From: Tetramitus jugosus
Taxonomy: Eukaryota; Protista; Heterolobosea
Assembly (NCBI GenBank): GCA_937625935.1
Contig: OW569376.1
Span: 310,001-374,000, forward strand
Length of the DNA: 64,000 nt
Direction: 5' to 3'
Below, one piece after another: positions 63,178 to 64,000 of the stretch. Position numbers and translations under genes: made by a program. The notes under the pieces are model-generated. The model ran no database searches. It was given only the letters and a program-made list of their open reading frames with translations, and was not told where the DNA came from. Numbering within the stretch: position 1 is the stretch's first letter; each line of letters opens with the position of its first letter.

Positions 63178-64000
63178 TTAATCACCACGAGCCAAAACAC
63201 CTTGTTGAATACTCTTCTGAATACACAAATATCTTGTCAATTGCGTTTGGTATCTCTCATCTCCCAGTTGCAACAGAAGATCAATTTTACAACTAACCAA
63301 CTGTTTGATCCCTTCGTGATCCGAGCCAACTCTCTTCATTCCATGATCGAGCACGCCTAATGCCTCATGAGTTTGATTGTTGTGAAAGAAATGATAGGCA
63401 ATAGCCGTGTAAGGATAGTAGTAATGAGGGAATCGTCTCATTAGATCAATGTAGGACTTGTGAGCCCTGTCATAATATCCCATCGAGTATTCACTGTCTG
63501 CCTGCTCTGTCAATAGAGTCATAATCAAGTCCATGTTCTTCACATGGCGCAACAGACATTCCAAATCCTTTTCGGCCTCCTCATATCTATTCATCACTGA
63601 AAAAACGTCTCTGCGGTGCAAGTACACGACATAGAGCGAAGGAAACAGTGTGATCGCTCGACCATAACTGCTCAAAGCTCTATCCAGCTCATTCAATTTA
63701 TGAAAACATCGACCAATCTTAAACAAACAAAGACTGTCCCAATATTCATGCACTATCTTGATATCCTTTGGATGGTTACACACACTTTTGGCCATCTTAA
63801 ACATGTGAATTGCGTCATAATGTCTGTCGTATTCATACATTGCGACACCCATGTGATAATATGCAACCATTGCATTCAATCGATGATTTTTGCAGTGGTC
63901 AATCGCCTTCTGATAGAAAGACATGGCAGCCTTCAAGTTCTTCTCTAGTTCACACGAGTAACCAAACAATACCAATGACCAATACTCTAATAACCTCAAC
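63178..64000 (-). CDS. TPR-repeat protein, C-terminal part (5' end outside the window)
   Basis: Successive TPR-like units (YYHMGVAMY..YDAIHMF, LFKIGRCF..ALSSYGRAITLFP, YEEAEKDLE). Confidence 0.8.
   Translation of the reverse strand, partial: LRLLEYWSLVLFGYSCELEKNLKAAMSFYQKAIDHCKNHRLNAMVAYYHMGVAMYEYDRHYDAIHMFKMAKSVCNHPKDIKIVHEYWDSLCLFKIGRCFHKLNELDRALSSYGRAITLFPSLYVVYLHRRDVFSVMNRYEEAEKDLECLLRHVKNMDLIMTLLTEQADSEYSMGYYDRAHKSYIDLMRRFPHYYYPYTAIAYHFFHNNQTHEALGVLDHGMKRVGSDHEGIKQLVSCKIDLLLQLGDERYQTQLTRYLCIQKSIQQGVLARGD

Overview
Very gene-dense eukaryotic nuclear DNA in the standard code, with intergenic gaps often 30-300 nt. Most introns are short (56-123 nt, plus one of 233 nt) with GT(A/T)xGT...AG ends, and many proteins carry poly-N/Q/H/S tracts. 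This style suggests a free-living protist such as a heterolobosean amoeba or amoeboflagellate (inference). About 28 protein genes are present, including a PIP5K with MIT-like and NCS-type EF-hand modules, pyruvate kinase, an IPT/TIG factor, a polytopic lipase, NRAMP, an RWP-RK factor, two acid phosphatases, CEPT, arrestin-MORN, condensin II G2, UFD2, an RNase T2-like protein, PRP38, ceramide synthase, DOCK, a stand-alone REV1-type BRCT protein and a 12-TM adenylyl cyclase. The standout locus is 37906-39456. It encodes a signal-peptide-bearing, cysteine-free polyprotein with 11 tandem 34-aa units. Each unit is a strongly cationic amphipathic peptide (about +9, e.g. KFKIKKFLKKAGNVAVKVGKAYANSK) ending in Gly and followed by an acidic X-Pro/X-Ala dipeptide spacer (IP-LA-DA-E). 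That layout matches animal cecropin/magainin/melittin-type antimicrobial or cytolytic peptide precursors. No tRNA, rRNA, CRISPR array or transposon could be supported. All family assignments come from motif recognition by eye; no database searches were run.
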